DNA from: Fistulifera solaris
Taxonomy: Eukaryota
Direction of reading: 5' to 3'
DNA: 64,000 nt
Assembly: GCA_030295235.1 (NCBI GenBank)
Contig: AP026125.1
Span: 496,001-560,000, forward strand
In this document: positions 24,554 through 35,792 of the stretch, in pieces
Position numbering within the stretch: position 1 is the stretch's first letter
Layout: each line of letters starts with the position of its first letter
The notes under the pieces: model-generated
What the model saw: only the letters and a program-made list of their open reading frames with translations
What the model was told of the DNA's origin: nothing
The model's database searches: none
Program-made: the position numbers and the translations under genes

Positions 24554-25847
24554 ATGAAACCGCTCATCACCGACCGAATCAAAGGATCACTGCTGGGCTG
24601 GGTCGTCGGAGATGCCTTGGCCGTCCCTGTGCACTGGTATTACAGCCCCGCTAAAATGCGAGCCGATTATGGCCACTTGAATGCGATCGTAGCACCGCTC
24701 CCCACACACCCAGAAAGCATGGTGCAGGGTATGTCCTACACGGGGACGATTGATATTATGCATGATAAGGCTAAATATTATGAAGGAAATGCCATCAGTG
24801 ATGCCTCCAAAGAAAAAGAGGAGTCTCTTCGCGACGATCATGGTAACTTCGTGGGAGTTGCTCAAGAAGAGCGAGTGCACTATCATAAATCTTTGTCGAA
24901 AGGTCAGAATACAGCAAATCTTTGTCTAGGTCGACTTGCCGCGAGATATCTGGCAAATGTCAACAAGGGTGGAGCCGATGGCTACGACCCAGATGAGTTT
25001 TTAGGCGAGGTTTACAAATACATGACCACGCCTCCTCCTTCCACACCGGATCCAGCGCAATTGATTGCTCACAACGATACGTATTTGGATGTCTACTTGC
25101 GCGGTATGTTCGCCAAGGCATCGCAAAAGGACGACCATTCACTTCATGATTGTGCCCTTTCCCAACGGGAGACGTGGAGTATTGGTTCTTTGGATGGGGT
25201 TGTCATGACGTTGCCCATCGTGGCCGCTTATTGCCGTGAACCCGAATCCTACGTGATCGGAAGAGCCATCGAACATCACATGCTGACCCACCGGTCCGTC
25301 ACACTCACCGCGGTCGTTTCGGTGCTAGTGCCGTTACTCTTGGACCTGTTTCGTGGTGCGGATCTGCGTTCCGCCTTGGATGAAGCCATGTTGAAGATGC
25401 GTCCTCCTAAAATGTCTGGCCGGGAGCAGAGCGACTCGTATGTTCAACATAAAGGCCCGGGAAACATTCCCAAGCTCGAAAAGTGGAAGCAACACATGGT
25501 ACTAGCCGACGAAACAACGAAAGATTTGGTTCACCGGATGCTCGGTTGTGACGATGAGGATGTAGCGGGTTGGGGTGATCGTGACCACTCGAGACTTTCC
25601 ACCGCATGCTATTGTGAACAGGCCTTTACGGTAGTTCTTTATCTGGCGTATAAGTATGCTGACAATCCCAAGAAAGCACTACTACAAAACACAAAGCTGG
25701 GGAGGACATTCGACGGCCCGAGGCGCTATTTTAGGTGCTATATTGGGAGCAGCACATGGTTCGGAAGCGGTCCCATTCGTGCAAGATCTGGCAGCTCCGA
25801 ATGTAGTAGAACAAGAGATTGATGCTTTGATTGGCACATTTTCGTGA
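24554..25847 (+). CDS. ADP-ribosylglycohydrolase family protein
   Basis: DRIKGSLLGWVVGDALAVPVHWYY, HMLTH and C-terminal GGHSTARGAILGAILGA, the last reached after a frameshift at the G run ~25699-25702. Confidence 0.85.
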
Positions 25848-26179
25848 AGCTTAAAGGAAGATCGAACAAAATTGTAACATGTGTAAAGGGTGTTAACTAG
25901 ATTAGAAAAGAGCTGTGAGACAATCTTTTGTTTTCGACGGAAATTTGCCAAGACTCCTGAGTCCCGAGTACGTGAAACGTATGAGATTGACGTCATCCTC
26001 TCTTCACGGCACATTATGCGTCGCGCTATTTGTAAAAAGCGCCACCGCTCGTCAAACGAACACATCACACTCTCGTAACATTCGACATCAATGGCGGCGA
26101 TAGCTTGTTCATCATTATTGTATCGATCGAAGCTTACAACTCTTACCGTTTCTGCTAGCAAAGCTTGCTTATAACAACC

Positions 26180-27436
26180 ATGGGCTTGTACAGCGTGTTC
26201 TCGCTACTGATTGCTCTTCACCCCTTCCTTTACCATGGCGTCAATGCATTTGTACAGCGATCGGATTTAATATCCACTCGTTTGTCGACGACAGCATTCA
26301 CCCGATCATCGCTGCAGATGCAAGCCAACAGTCCTCCTCCTTATCCGGTCCGTATCGCCGTTATGGGCGGCGGCAATTTTGGATTAGCGCTGAGCTCGAT
26401 CAGTGCACGCAAAGGCTTTCCCACTACCATTTTAGTGCGCGAGCAGGAAATTGCCGATAGCATCAATACGAATCACACGCATCCACGGTACATGCGAGAC
26501 GTGAAATTTCCGCCGACACTGCGCGCTACGACCAATCCACAAGACTGTTTGCCGGATGCCACGTATATTGTGCACGCGGTGCCGGTGCAGTACAGTCGCA
26601 AGTTTCTGAACAGTGTCAAAGAATATATTCCTCCGGGTACGCCAGTTTTGAGTGGTTCGAAAGGAATTGAAACATCCAGCTTGGGATTCATGGCGGATAT
26701 TTTGAAAGAAACATTGGGGGAAGAGAGACCGTACGCCTTTTTATCCGGACCGTCCTTTGCTCGTGAGATATGCGACGGAGTTGCCACTGCTGTCGTCATT
26801 GCGTCAGAGGACTTGCTCCTGGCCAGAGACTTGGCTACGTTGCTCAGTGACGGAAACTTCCGCGTGTTTACGTCGAGAGATGTCATTGGCGTGGAAATTG
26901 GCGGAGCAGTCAAGAACGTGATTGCCTTGGCCGCTGGTATGTGTGAAGGCCTGGGTTTAGGGACGAATGCCATGAGTGGCCTAGTGACACGGGGCTGTGG
27001 TGAAATGCGAAGGTTAGGACTGACTTTGGGTGCTCGACCTAGCACAATCGCTGGATTATCTGGTAAGGAAGTAGATCGATTACGACTTTGTCATGAGACA
27101 TTATCTTACAGTGCTTGATTGTTTGCAGGTGTCGGCGACACATTTGGGACTTGCTTTGGTCCCTTGTCTCGCAATCGGCAGTTCGGCTATCGGTTAGGGA
27201 AAGGTGAAACGATGGAAGAAATCTTGGCTTCGTCATCCGAAGTTGCAGAGGGTGTAGACACGTCCATTGCGCTTGTTAATTTTATCAAACAAAATTGCAA
27301 GGGATACCGACTGGATTTGAAATACCCGATTTTATTTGGCGTTGCGGATATTCTCCAAGGCAAGCTAACACCACTCGATGGGTTGAAAGGTATTATGAAT
27401 ATGCCTTTCTTAATGGAGAATTTTGACGAAAGATAG
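26180..27436 (+). CDS. gpsA: NAD(P)-dependent glycerol-3-phosphate dehydrogenase, plastid-targeted
   Basis: GGGNFG, SKGIE, LSGPSFARE, GGAVKNVIA, GLSGVGD and SRN motifs. VNA-F bipartite signal. Intron 27063-27128. Confidence 0.93.
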
Positions 27437-27524
27437 TGATGCAATCGGAAAGACTGCTTACAAACACACTTCTTTCAGTAGATTTAAATTATCCAAGGCT
27501 AGCATTTCTTATGTGTAGTGAGTA

Positions 27525-28093
27525 TCAATAGCTACTATACGTGAAAGGGACAGGTGGCCATTTCGGCGGATCGTAACCCTTCCCTCCAATAGGAGAACAC
27601 CGCAATAACCTCCAAGCAATCAGTATAACTCCTTTCTCTGGCCCAAATCGTTCAATGGCCTGCACGCCGTATTGCGAGCAAGTAGGAACGAAACGACAAG
27701 CGGGTGGAAGGAGCGGTGAAATGAAACTTTTGTAAACGCCCAAAACGGATATCATGGCAGTGGAGGTCATATTCTTTTGGCGTTTGTCGCTCTCTCCTTT
27801 CGATGCATCATCTTCTGGTACGGACTCGTCGGATTCCGTGTAAAATCTATTCCTCGCCACATGGGGGCATTGTGATGCAGCACGAGCCATCACAGCACCC
27901 AAAGTAGCCACAGTAACCAAAGTGTTTTTTTGCAAAATCCTTTTGTAATGGTTAAACCAAGCAAAGCGTGCTTTCCCCGAGAAACATCGTGTCGAAAAAG
28001 CACCGGCCACGGAGTGCACACCTGACAGCCTTCCGCAAGCCACAGCAGTGCATTGCAGAGCATTACGAAGATTGTTAAGCGCATAGCTCCCAT
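27525..28093 (-). CDS. yidD: YidD-type membrane protein insertion efficiency factor, organelle-targeted
   Basis: YKSFISPLLPPACRFVPTCSQYGVQAIERFG..KG..LIAWRLLRCSP.GGKGYDPP. The signal-peptide exon starting at 28093 joins through a frameshift near 27925-27945. Confidence 0.85.
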
Positions 28094-28677
28094 GCTATTC
28101 TTGCTAAGAGATAGTTCGGCAAAGAAAAGAAGCGTTCATAAGTAGCGTATGATGCTCACAACATAATCGCATCGATTATAATTGCAACAAAAACGAAATA
28201 CTGAGTAATACGGAGTAAAAATAAAAAGTTGCAATGTCTCGTGACTGAAATCGGCAGTCATGAAAACGGACAATACTTATTTATTCGGTACTATAGTATA
28301 CTTTAACCTTGAGCTAAACGATCCGAGAGATTAAGCCTTTGACGAACCCAAAATATCCTACAAAAGAGCCCAACAATGCCATCCATAAACGATAGAGAAA
28401 ACAGAAGTTTTACAAAAATACGGACTTGAGACGCACAAGGGACAATAGAAAGTGGGGCCTTGAGTTAGTTTACGCGTGACTGAGTTGGAATTCAGTCGTG
28501 ATAAAAAAAGTAGGCTACATTTTGGATCACAGTGCATTTCGTACGCGGCAAAAAAATGGCGGGAAATAAAAGAAGGCGGATCGAATCGAATGAATGTCAA
28601 CGACGAGTGTTATAATAAAAATATCATTTATAAATACAATTGGGGATATCGTTACGAAGAAAACTGTTATCAGTTCA

Positions 28678-29431
28678 ATGTTTTCTGCTGCTTTCAATCA
28701 CCAGACGGTGATTTCCGGCACCAGGCTTTGTTGTCGCAACCTGTCGACCAAGCCCCTCCGAGCGTATCCGGTGTACACTGTCTACGGTGCTGATTGCTAC
28801 TTCAACCTCAAAGTAATTTTACCCAAGTTTCGGACACGCAACAATGTGCTCTCAACGGATGGCTTTTCGCAATATGGCAGTCTACTTTTGAATGGGTCCT
28901 CGCGGAAGCGACGGTAAGTTCGGCTTACTGTCGATCCGCTTTTCGAATCAATGCTTCGGCTAGATCTCACTTTTAAATTGTCTCACTGAATATATATATA
29001 TGTACAGGAAAAGGCATTCCCGATAAAAGTCTACGTTTCGCTCTTGCTCCCCAAGAGGCTGGATTGCTGATCGATCAGCAACGGAATGAAACGGTCGAAT
29101 TTTCGCGGACCGGCTTTCCCCCGAATGTCGTCGACAAAGTCTTTCGGGTCAGTCCACACGAAGCCGGGGCCTTCCAATTTTTGATCGATTATGAAAATGA
29201 AGGCCGTGGTGGTCAGAGTCCCTCGGATCGTCCCGACTTGGAAGGTATAGCTCCGCTCGGAATCGTGCTTCAGCGCGGCGAGTACGTGGTTCTCCGCGAG
29301 CTGATGCGGAATTCAATTCCCACGATAGCCAACTGGGACTATATGCTGAAAATGCAAGTCGAATCTGCAATCACTGAAGCTTCCAAAAGTCCTTTCCAGA
29401 CGATAGCTCGCCGTATGAAGTGCCTTTTTAG
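28678..29431 (+). CDS. Whirly-like single-stranded DNA-binding protein, probably mitochondrial
   Basis: YPVYTVYG...P.F...GSLL(F)EW...LRFALAPQEAG...DKVFRVSP...LQRGEYVVLRELMRNSIPTIANW parallels the plant Whirly pattern. Intron 28914-29007; frameshifts at ~28886 and probably ~29392. Confidence 0.6.
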
Positions 29432-29717
29432 TTGGGTGACAAAAATAATGAAATACTTCAATGTCGCGTTTTACTCGCAATGCTTCTTTTCAATATTTTC
29501 AGATCTATCATTACCATCTGTTTGTTGCGCGATTTGTAAAATATATCAGAATTTTCATAAAAAGCTAATAGTATGGAGTAGTTCCTTTTATTCAATTCTT
29601 CTTCTCGTTCTAGTTTCTAGAAATCGTCGAAACCCGATGCGATACTGAGCGGAGATACTAAAATAGTAGAGACGACAAAGATTCAAGATATTCAACACGG
29701 GGGGAAGGAAGTTAAAA

Positions 29718-31363
29718 TTGTGCCTCTCAGTACAAGTTTCTACGTGGAGCCTACGGCGAGGCAGAATTTTAACGTCGTCTCCGGGATTCTTCACGGTCAT
29801 CACAATACCTGGTAGGACGTGTGCTCGCGTGCCTCTTCGTTGCCTCAATAAAATGCCATCATCGTTTTATTACAACGCACGAACTTTTACAAAAAGCGTT
29901 CGTTGATTGCAAAGCAACATGCGAGAGAGATCTCAGCTGGGAATACCACAACAACAAGATGTGGAAAAGGGAGTCGCGTTCAAGTAATGAAGAAGGACAT
30001 CTTCTTTTGGCGGGCCAAATCATTTCACGGCTAGCTCGATTTTCCGAAATTTTCTCGCGTCGCAACGAAATTTTGGAAACTCTTGTAAATACAATTGAAA
30101 TGGGTGACTTGCTTGTACTTGTAGCGCTCGGGTGGCTTACTATTCCGGTTGTACGAGTCATTTATACATTTTATTACGCGCAGTACGACCAAGCAACGAA
30201 AGTGGTGTCTTTGAAGAAGCCTATCAACGTTCAACCCATCAAAACGGAAGATCAGCACGACGCTCCATCGTCACAAAACCCACAACAAGAGGCCACGGAC
30301 GTCTTTTTTCTCATCCACGCCATTTTACATCGCTAACTTGGCTACAGAAGTATTCCAGCGAGCTTGCCTTGTCTATTTAATCGATTGTCTGGTGATCGTT
30401 GCGGACATTGTCGACCCCCGGCTGGATATTGCGCATCACGAGCTGAGTCTCAAGTTTGCCAAAATAATATACTCTGTATGGGCTGCTACTCGACTGATGG
30501 CTTTCAAGAGATACTTACTTTGTTTGGCGGCCAAGCGTCCGGAGACAAAATTGGGCAAGGTTGGCCTCTACGATCGCATATTGGACATTTTGATTCTGTT
30601 CTGCCTCATTCTTGCGATATTGGACATAATTCACGTAGAAGTAGGCCCGGGATTGGCTTCTCTTTTTGCTTTTGGAGGCGTGGGAACGCTGGTTTTGACA
30701 CTGGCTTCGAAGGATCTGGCGCATCAACTTGTCTGTGGAGTGGTGGTGTCGACTTCGGAAAATTTTTATGTAGGCGACCATATTCGACTGGGTAATGATA
30801 CACGAGGAGCAATCGATTACATCGGATGGTTGTATACGGATGTTCGTGGTAAGTCAGTGGCAAGCGTTTGCAAATAACACGCTCCCTCATTTGGAGCAGC
30901 TTCTCATTCGCCATTCTGTCGTCTTGTCTATCAAGGATACGATGAAGTTACCACCCGCATACCAAATGAGCAGTTTGCAAATCGAAGAATATGTAATATT
31001 TCACGGCATAACCGTTGTCAAGTGAAGCAGTTGCTTCGTGTGAAACATTCCGATTACAAGAAGATACCTGCTTTTTGCACCGACGTTTTGCAAGAAATTA
31101 AGCTTCAATGCCCGGAAGTGATAGCCGATGGATCCCGTCCTTTTCGAGCTTTCCTTAAGGATATCAAGAGTGACCATTTGTCTGTTGTAGTCGACGCTCG
31201 GTTCTACCTCCCCGCCATCGGGAAACGGTACGATAACAATCGAAACAAAGTATTGTTGATCATTTGCCAAGTTCTTGAAAAGCATGAAATTTCTTTGGCA
31301 ATACCGTCTTTTGCAGCTGGAAGCTTGGACGATGGGCAGCCAACGACCCTTCTAGACGATTGA
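29718..31363 (+). CDS. MscS-family mechanosensitive channel (start uncertain)
   Basis: LFAFGGVGTLVLTLASKDLA...FYVGDHIRLG...IGWLYTDVRGYDE...IPN motifs. Intron 30849-30935; frameshift in the T run at ~30304. Confidence 0.85.
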
Positions 31364-31613
31364 CGATTGAACAGCTTGTACACACTGTGTCATAAATACA
31401 ATCAATGTTTCGATTTAGGCTTCCTGCCTTTTGCTGTAAACAACTGCTAGTATTTGATGAACAAGTCAGCAATGAGCAACAACGGTACCGAAGGAGTTTT
31501 AGTTTGAGATGTGAATATTCGAATAGACAGGTGCCGTGATTGAACTAAATTCAATGCATGTACTTGTAAGCGTTTCGTCGTCTCTCGTCTCTCTAGAAAA
31601 AACCAAAAAGTAG

Positions 31614-31703
31614 CACCGAATGTGGGGCTTGAACCCACGACCACACGATTTCACTAGGGATAAGTCTAAGAGTCGTGCGCTCTACCGACTGAGCAAATTC
31701 GGC
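31614..31703 (-). tRNA. trnK-CTT: tRNA-Lys(CTT) with a 17-nt intron
   Basis: GCCGAATTTGCTCAGTCGGTAGAGCGCACGACT-CTT-A[GACTTATCCCTAGTGAA]ATCGTGTGGTCGTGGGTTCAAGCCCCACATTCGGTG. It forms a full cloverleaf with the intron at the canonical 37/38 position. Confidence 0.93.
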
Positions 31704-31835
31704 TAATAATTTCGCACAACGAATTTATGCTACACAAACAAATAGATAATGAAAAGTGCAGAGCTAAAAAACACTTTGCTTGCTCAATGCGGCTACGTTG
31801 TGTTTACATCAGATAACACAAGTTTTCTTAGCTCA

Positions 31836-33366
31836 TTAAAGTTCAGTGTGGAGCTCTTGTGTTACCGAGGGAACGTTTTCTTGAACCATCTCCACTTCCG
31901 CGGGGTGTGACTCATCGTATCTGGGCCTCACTTTTTGATTCGCGGAAGTACTGGTTCAATCATTTCCCAAGGTGTTTGCTTCTCTGGCGGGACGAAACCT
32001 AGCGATACAAACCAATCGAGTGGAGAATAATGGGGTACATTGTAGTTGGCAAGTAGCTCTTGTCCCACCTTGAGTGCTTTCCTTCTTCCGTGTCGAAAGC
32101 TCCGGACGACAAATGTTCCGCTATCATCTTCGGTTGCATCAATAAAGTGACCATTTTCTATCCGCTCTCTTCCTGTCAATTCAATGAATCCAGCCGCACT
32201 TTCATCATGATTGATTTGATCAACCATGGGAATAAGACGAAGCGTTCCATGTTTCTCCGATCCCGCCGTCGCCCGCGATGCGACTTGACAGAGGGCCCAG
32301 GCAATGTTGTCGGCTACGGATTTGTCCGAAGGTGTTTGAATGTAGGGTCCGTAATCTTTCGTTAACGCTTCCACGATCGTTTCCGCATAGGCCGTAGCTC
32401 GCGACAACTCTTCCGACCATCCTTCCGTCGGAACACCGAGTTCTTCGCGCAAGACGGCGAGCGCGTCGAGCATATAGGGTCGTAGATTTCTCGAATAGCC
32501 ACAAGACGGTTCCGGAGGCAATGATGCTATGTACGGCATCCATCGCGAATATCGACCCACTCCGCGTTCATGAGCCAAAAGAGAACCAAAATGATGGCAT
32601 CGTCCAACTCCGACATGCCGGCTTTGACTTGCACCTCTGCAGGAATGAGTGGCAATAGCACTTCCAGCGCTTTTGTTCGAGTCATTTGATAATTCAGAGG
32701 CACGCGTATGAGAATCTCTTCCTGTTTGAACTTGGGCTCCGTCGGTAAAGGATACGTTACGTTGTTCTCCTTGTAAAGCCAACGTTCGTTTTTCACACGT
32801 TCTTTCTCTTCCGCACGCCCCGGCAGACACCCCTTTTGACACTCGTGCCATCCATTCCGGACCATACCGATCCCACGTGCCGCCCCACAGGGTGCAGGAA
32901 CCAAAAATCCCAAATCGGGATGGACAAATCCGCCGGGTTCTCGGACAATCGCTTCCCGCAATACGGCAAACACGCGCGGATGCGCCGGATTCGATGCATA
33001 GAGTTCCACTTCCATATCACGTTGCATACGAGCCACCCAATATCCTATTCGGTATTGTACTTCTTCCCAGGCATCCGTTTCGAAGGAAAGAAGACGAAAC
33101 GAAGTGGTCGACCGCAGACGATTCGCGAGTTCTTGTCGCCACGGTTTGACTTCGGAAGAAAATTCCAGCCACCCCGTCCCGATCAAAAATCCAAATAAAA
33201 GTCCTGTCAATATGCATCCACCAACCCAGAGATAAGCTCGACGATCTTGGGCCAACCATTGTCGTAATGTAATAGTCGGTGCGCGGTGTTCGTCGTCGGT
33301 TGTGGGTGATAGCGACGACTTGGTGGGTGATTCGTTGCTGCTTTTTGGCTTTTTATTCTTTCCCAT
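31836..33366 (-). CDS. SET-domain (Rubisco LSMT/SETD3-like) protein with an N-terminal TM helix
   Basis: ARGIG, ILIRVPLNYQMT, SRWMPYIASLP, WALCQVASRA, LIPMVDQINH and GQELLANY motifs. Frameshift at ~32577. As assembled it stops at 31928, but one added A extends it to ...ELHTEL* at 31836. Confidence 0.8.
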
Positions 33367-33740
33367 CTCGTGAGTAAAAAGAATTATACAGCTAGTACTT
33401 ATAATAGTGTGCTAAATCCGTTTTTGTTGATAAGCAAGGGATAATGAAGGCAATGAAGGCATTTGCTTTCCTTGTCATCGTTCTGCTCGATAGTGCTGCC
33501 CGTGCAAAAGCCTGCACGACAATACCCCGAGTAATTATTTTCTCCCTCCACATTCCGATCGACGCACCGGTACTTGTACAGATACGGATCCGGTACCGTA
33601 TCGATAATATAGAGGCCCCGCATACGTAATCTCTGTGTGCTCTGTAACGAAATCGACGGACTCTAGATTAGAGCGATGATGCAGTTCGTCGACTTTAATC
33701 TATGCAAAAACAACCAAAACATCAAAATTTATATACTGTA

Positions 33741-35273
33741 TCACTTAGATCGCTGCCGGACTGCTTCTAAAAATACTTTCGTCATGTGTTCAATGTCCTT
33801 GGCAGTTTCAACTGGATTCCGCTTCCCTGTAATACCTGTAGCCCGTCCCACCCACACGGGTGTCATCAGGCACGTGTCCGAAAACTCATTATGGGAGATA
33901 TCGGGGATACTTTTACATGCTGAAATACCCGAATCGGTACCTAATCGCTTTCTGGCATACATCTCTTCGAGGGCATCGGATCCAGCCCACTTCTTATCGC
34001 GCCATTCTTGAGAAAACAAGATCAACATATCTTTCTCATGAATCGAACCTTCATCACCCGCTGGCACAAAGCCCTCATATCCACCCGTACCTCCGTGCCA
34101 GGAATGGTCGAAATCTTGCAACAACGTCGGCGAAAGCAACGAGTGTCGTGCATCGTCCGGCATCCAATCGACCGCTGGTTCGTGTGCGACAACGGCAGTC
34201 ACTAAATCCGGTCGTCGTTTCCCCGCCGTCAAAGCCGTTGCTCCTCCAAAGGAATGCCCCATAAAGAACGTTTCCGATTTCGATAAACGTCCTCGGAATG
34301 AAATACCGAGACCGGGAATGTCGTGTTGATCCATGTGGTGAATTGCCTCGACGGCCGCAATGAATTCCTGCACGCGATGATCGGTCCGGCGCCTTCGTTC
34401 TTTCACGTAATCGAGGTGCTTCTCTTCTAAAAGCAATTTCGCGAGTTCAAAATCGTAATGCAGTTCCGTGCCGTTGGACAAGGCCACGACGGGCGCACTC
34501 CGATCTTGATGCGTCAACACGAGTACCACATATCCCTGCGAGGCCAGTGCCATGGTCTGATACGAGTAAACATCGGCCGTTCCACCCAGACCGTGGGAAA
34601 ATACCACGATCGGTAAACGTCGGTCCAGTGGAAGCAGCGTCGCGTTCGGTTTGGCTGGAATGGACGCCAACTTCCAGTGGTGCAACATCCAACCGTGCGA
34701 CTGGAGTGGTGGCGGAGCCCCAAATTGCATCATTTTTCGACAATACTCGTCCGCCAGAGAAGGATTTAAATAAGGATACTGTCCCGGAGGATCCAGTGTG
34801 GGAAAGAATAATTTGACGGGCAATTCGGAATGCGATGTGCACGTCGTGTTGTCGTCGGAAAAGTCGACCGGTAAATGAAACTCTCGAATTCCCACCCGGT
34901 ACGGTCCATCGGGTGATGGTATTTGGACAGCTGGTAGGAGTATGCAGAGGACGGCGGCTAATACAACGAACGAAAAACCCAAGAAGCCCAACAATCCTCG
35001 GCTCCAGCCGAAGCGCGAGAAAAGTGGTATCCGCCGCAGCAATTGAATGACAATGAAAGGAATCATTGGCAAACTTATACTCCATCGTCCCGTCGGTCCA
35101 CATGTGAACAATAAAAACCCAAAAGAAAAGAGTAGTACGTAAAGATTCGATGTCGTACGAATGCTGGTGAAGTTCACGTACAGCATGCACAAAAGCGTGT
35201 GCAGATCAATCGCAATGTGCCGAGGGATCGGCTGCAATCCACCAATCATTTTGGAAACCAGAGAAACAATCAT
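33741..35273 (-). CDS. PAF-acetylhydrolase-like alpha/beta hydrolase with N-terminal TM segments
   Basis: PDGPYRVG, PIVVFSHGLGG, LASQGYVV...HQDRSA, GHSFGGATA and HNEFSD motifs. Confidence 0.88.
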   Translation of the reverse strand: MIVSLVSKMIGGLQPIPRHIAIDLHTLLCMLYVNFTSIRTTSNLYVLLFSFGFLLFTCGPTGRWSISLPMIPFIVIQLLRRIPLFSRFGWSRGLLGFLGFSFVVLAAVLCILLPAVQIPSPDGPYRVGIREFHLPVDFSDDNTTCTSHSELPVKLFFPTLDPPGQYPYLNPSLADEYCRKMMQFGAPPPLQSHGWMLHHWKLASIPAKPNATLLPLDRRLPIVVFSHGLGGTADVYSYQTMALASQGYVVLVLTHQDRSAPVVALSNGTELHYDFELAKLLLEEKHLDYVKERRRRTDHRVQEFIAAVEAIHHMDQHDIPGLGISFRGRLSKSETFFMGHSFGGATALTAGKRRPDLVTAVVAHEPAVDWMPDDARHSLLSPTLLQDFDHSWHGGTGGYEGFVPAGDEGSIHEKDMLILFSQEWRDKKWAGSDALEEMYARKRLGTDSGISACKSIPDISHNEFSDTCLMTPVWVGRATGITGKRNPVETAKDIEHMTKVFLEAVRQRSK

Positions 35274-35399
35274 GTTCGTGATCTTATCAGTGAATGTTGT
35301 GAAAACGAATGAATCATAGTTGTGTGAGCAACAAGAAAAGAATTCGTCTTGGTTCCCTTGCTATCATTTTCCATCGTCGTCATCGATCGAGGGCGAAGA

Positions 35400-35792
35400 A
35401 TGAGTTCTCACGTTTCCCGAAAATCTGGGGGTGTGTTGCTTTGACGTGTCCCGAAAATCTGGGTGAGTGCTGTTGTCACGTGTCCCGACAATCTGGGTGA
35501 GGTGTTGTTCTCCGTGTCTCGAAAATCTGGGCGAGTGCTGTTCTCACGTTTCCCGAAAATCTGGGGAAGTGTTGTTTTCTTTGTCCCGAAAATCTGGGCG
35601 AGTGCTGTTCTCACGTTTCCCGAAAATCTGGGGGTGCGTTGTTTTTTTTTTAAAAAAAACCATAATCTGGGCGATTGTTGTTGTCAAGTGTCCCGAAGAT
35701 CTGGGTATCTGTTGTTTTCACATGTCCCAAAAAAATTTTGCGGGTGTGTTGTTTTCACGTGTCCCGAAAATCTGGGCGAGTGTTGTTTTCAT
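35400..35792. repeat. Minisatellite C: ~11 units of ~34 bp around CCCGAAAATCTGGG
   Basis: TCACG(T/G)TCCCGAAAATCTGGG..GTG(C/T)TG is repeated with a ~33-35 bp period immediately before array D. Confidence 0.92.
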
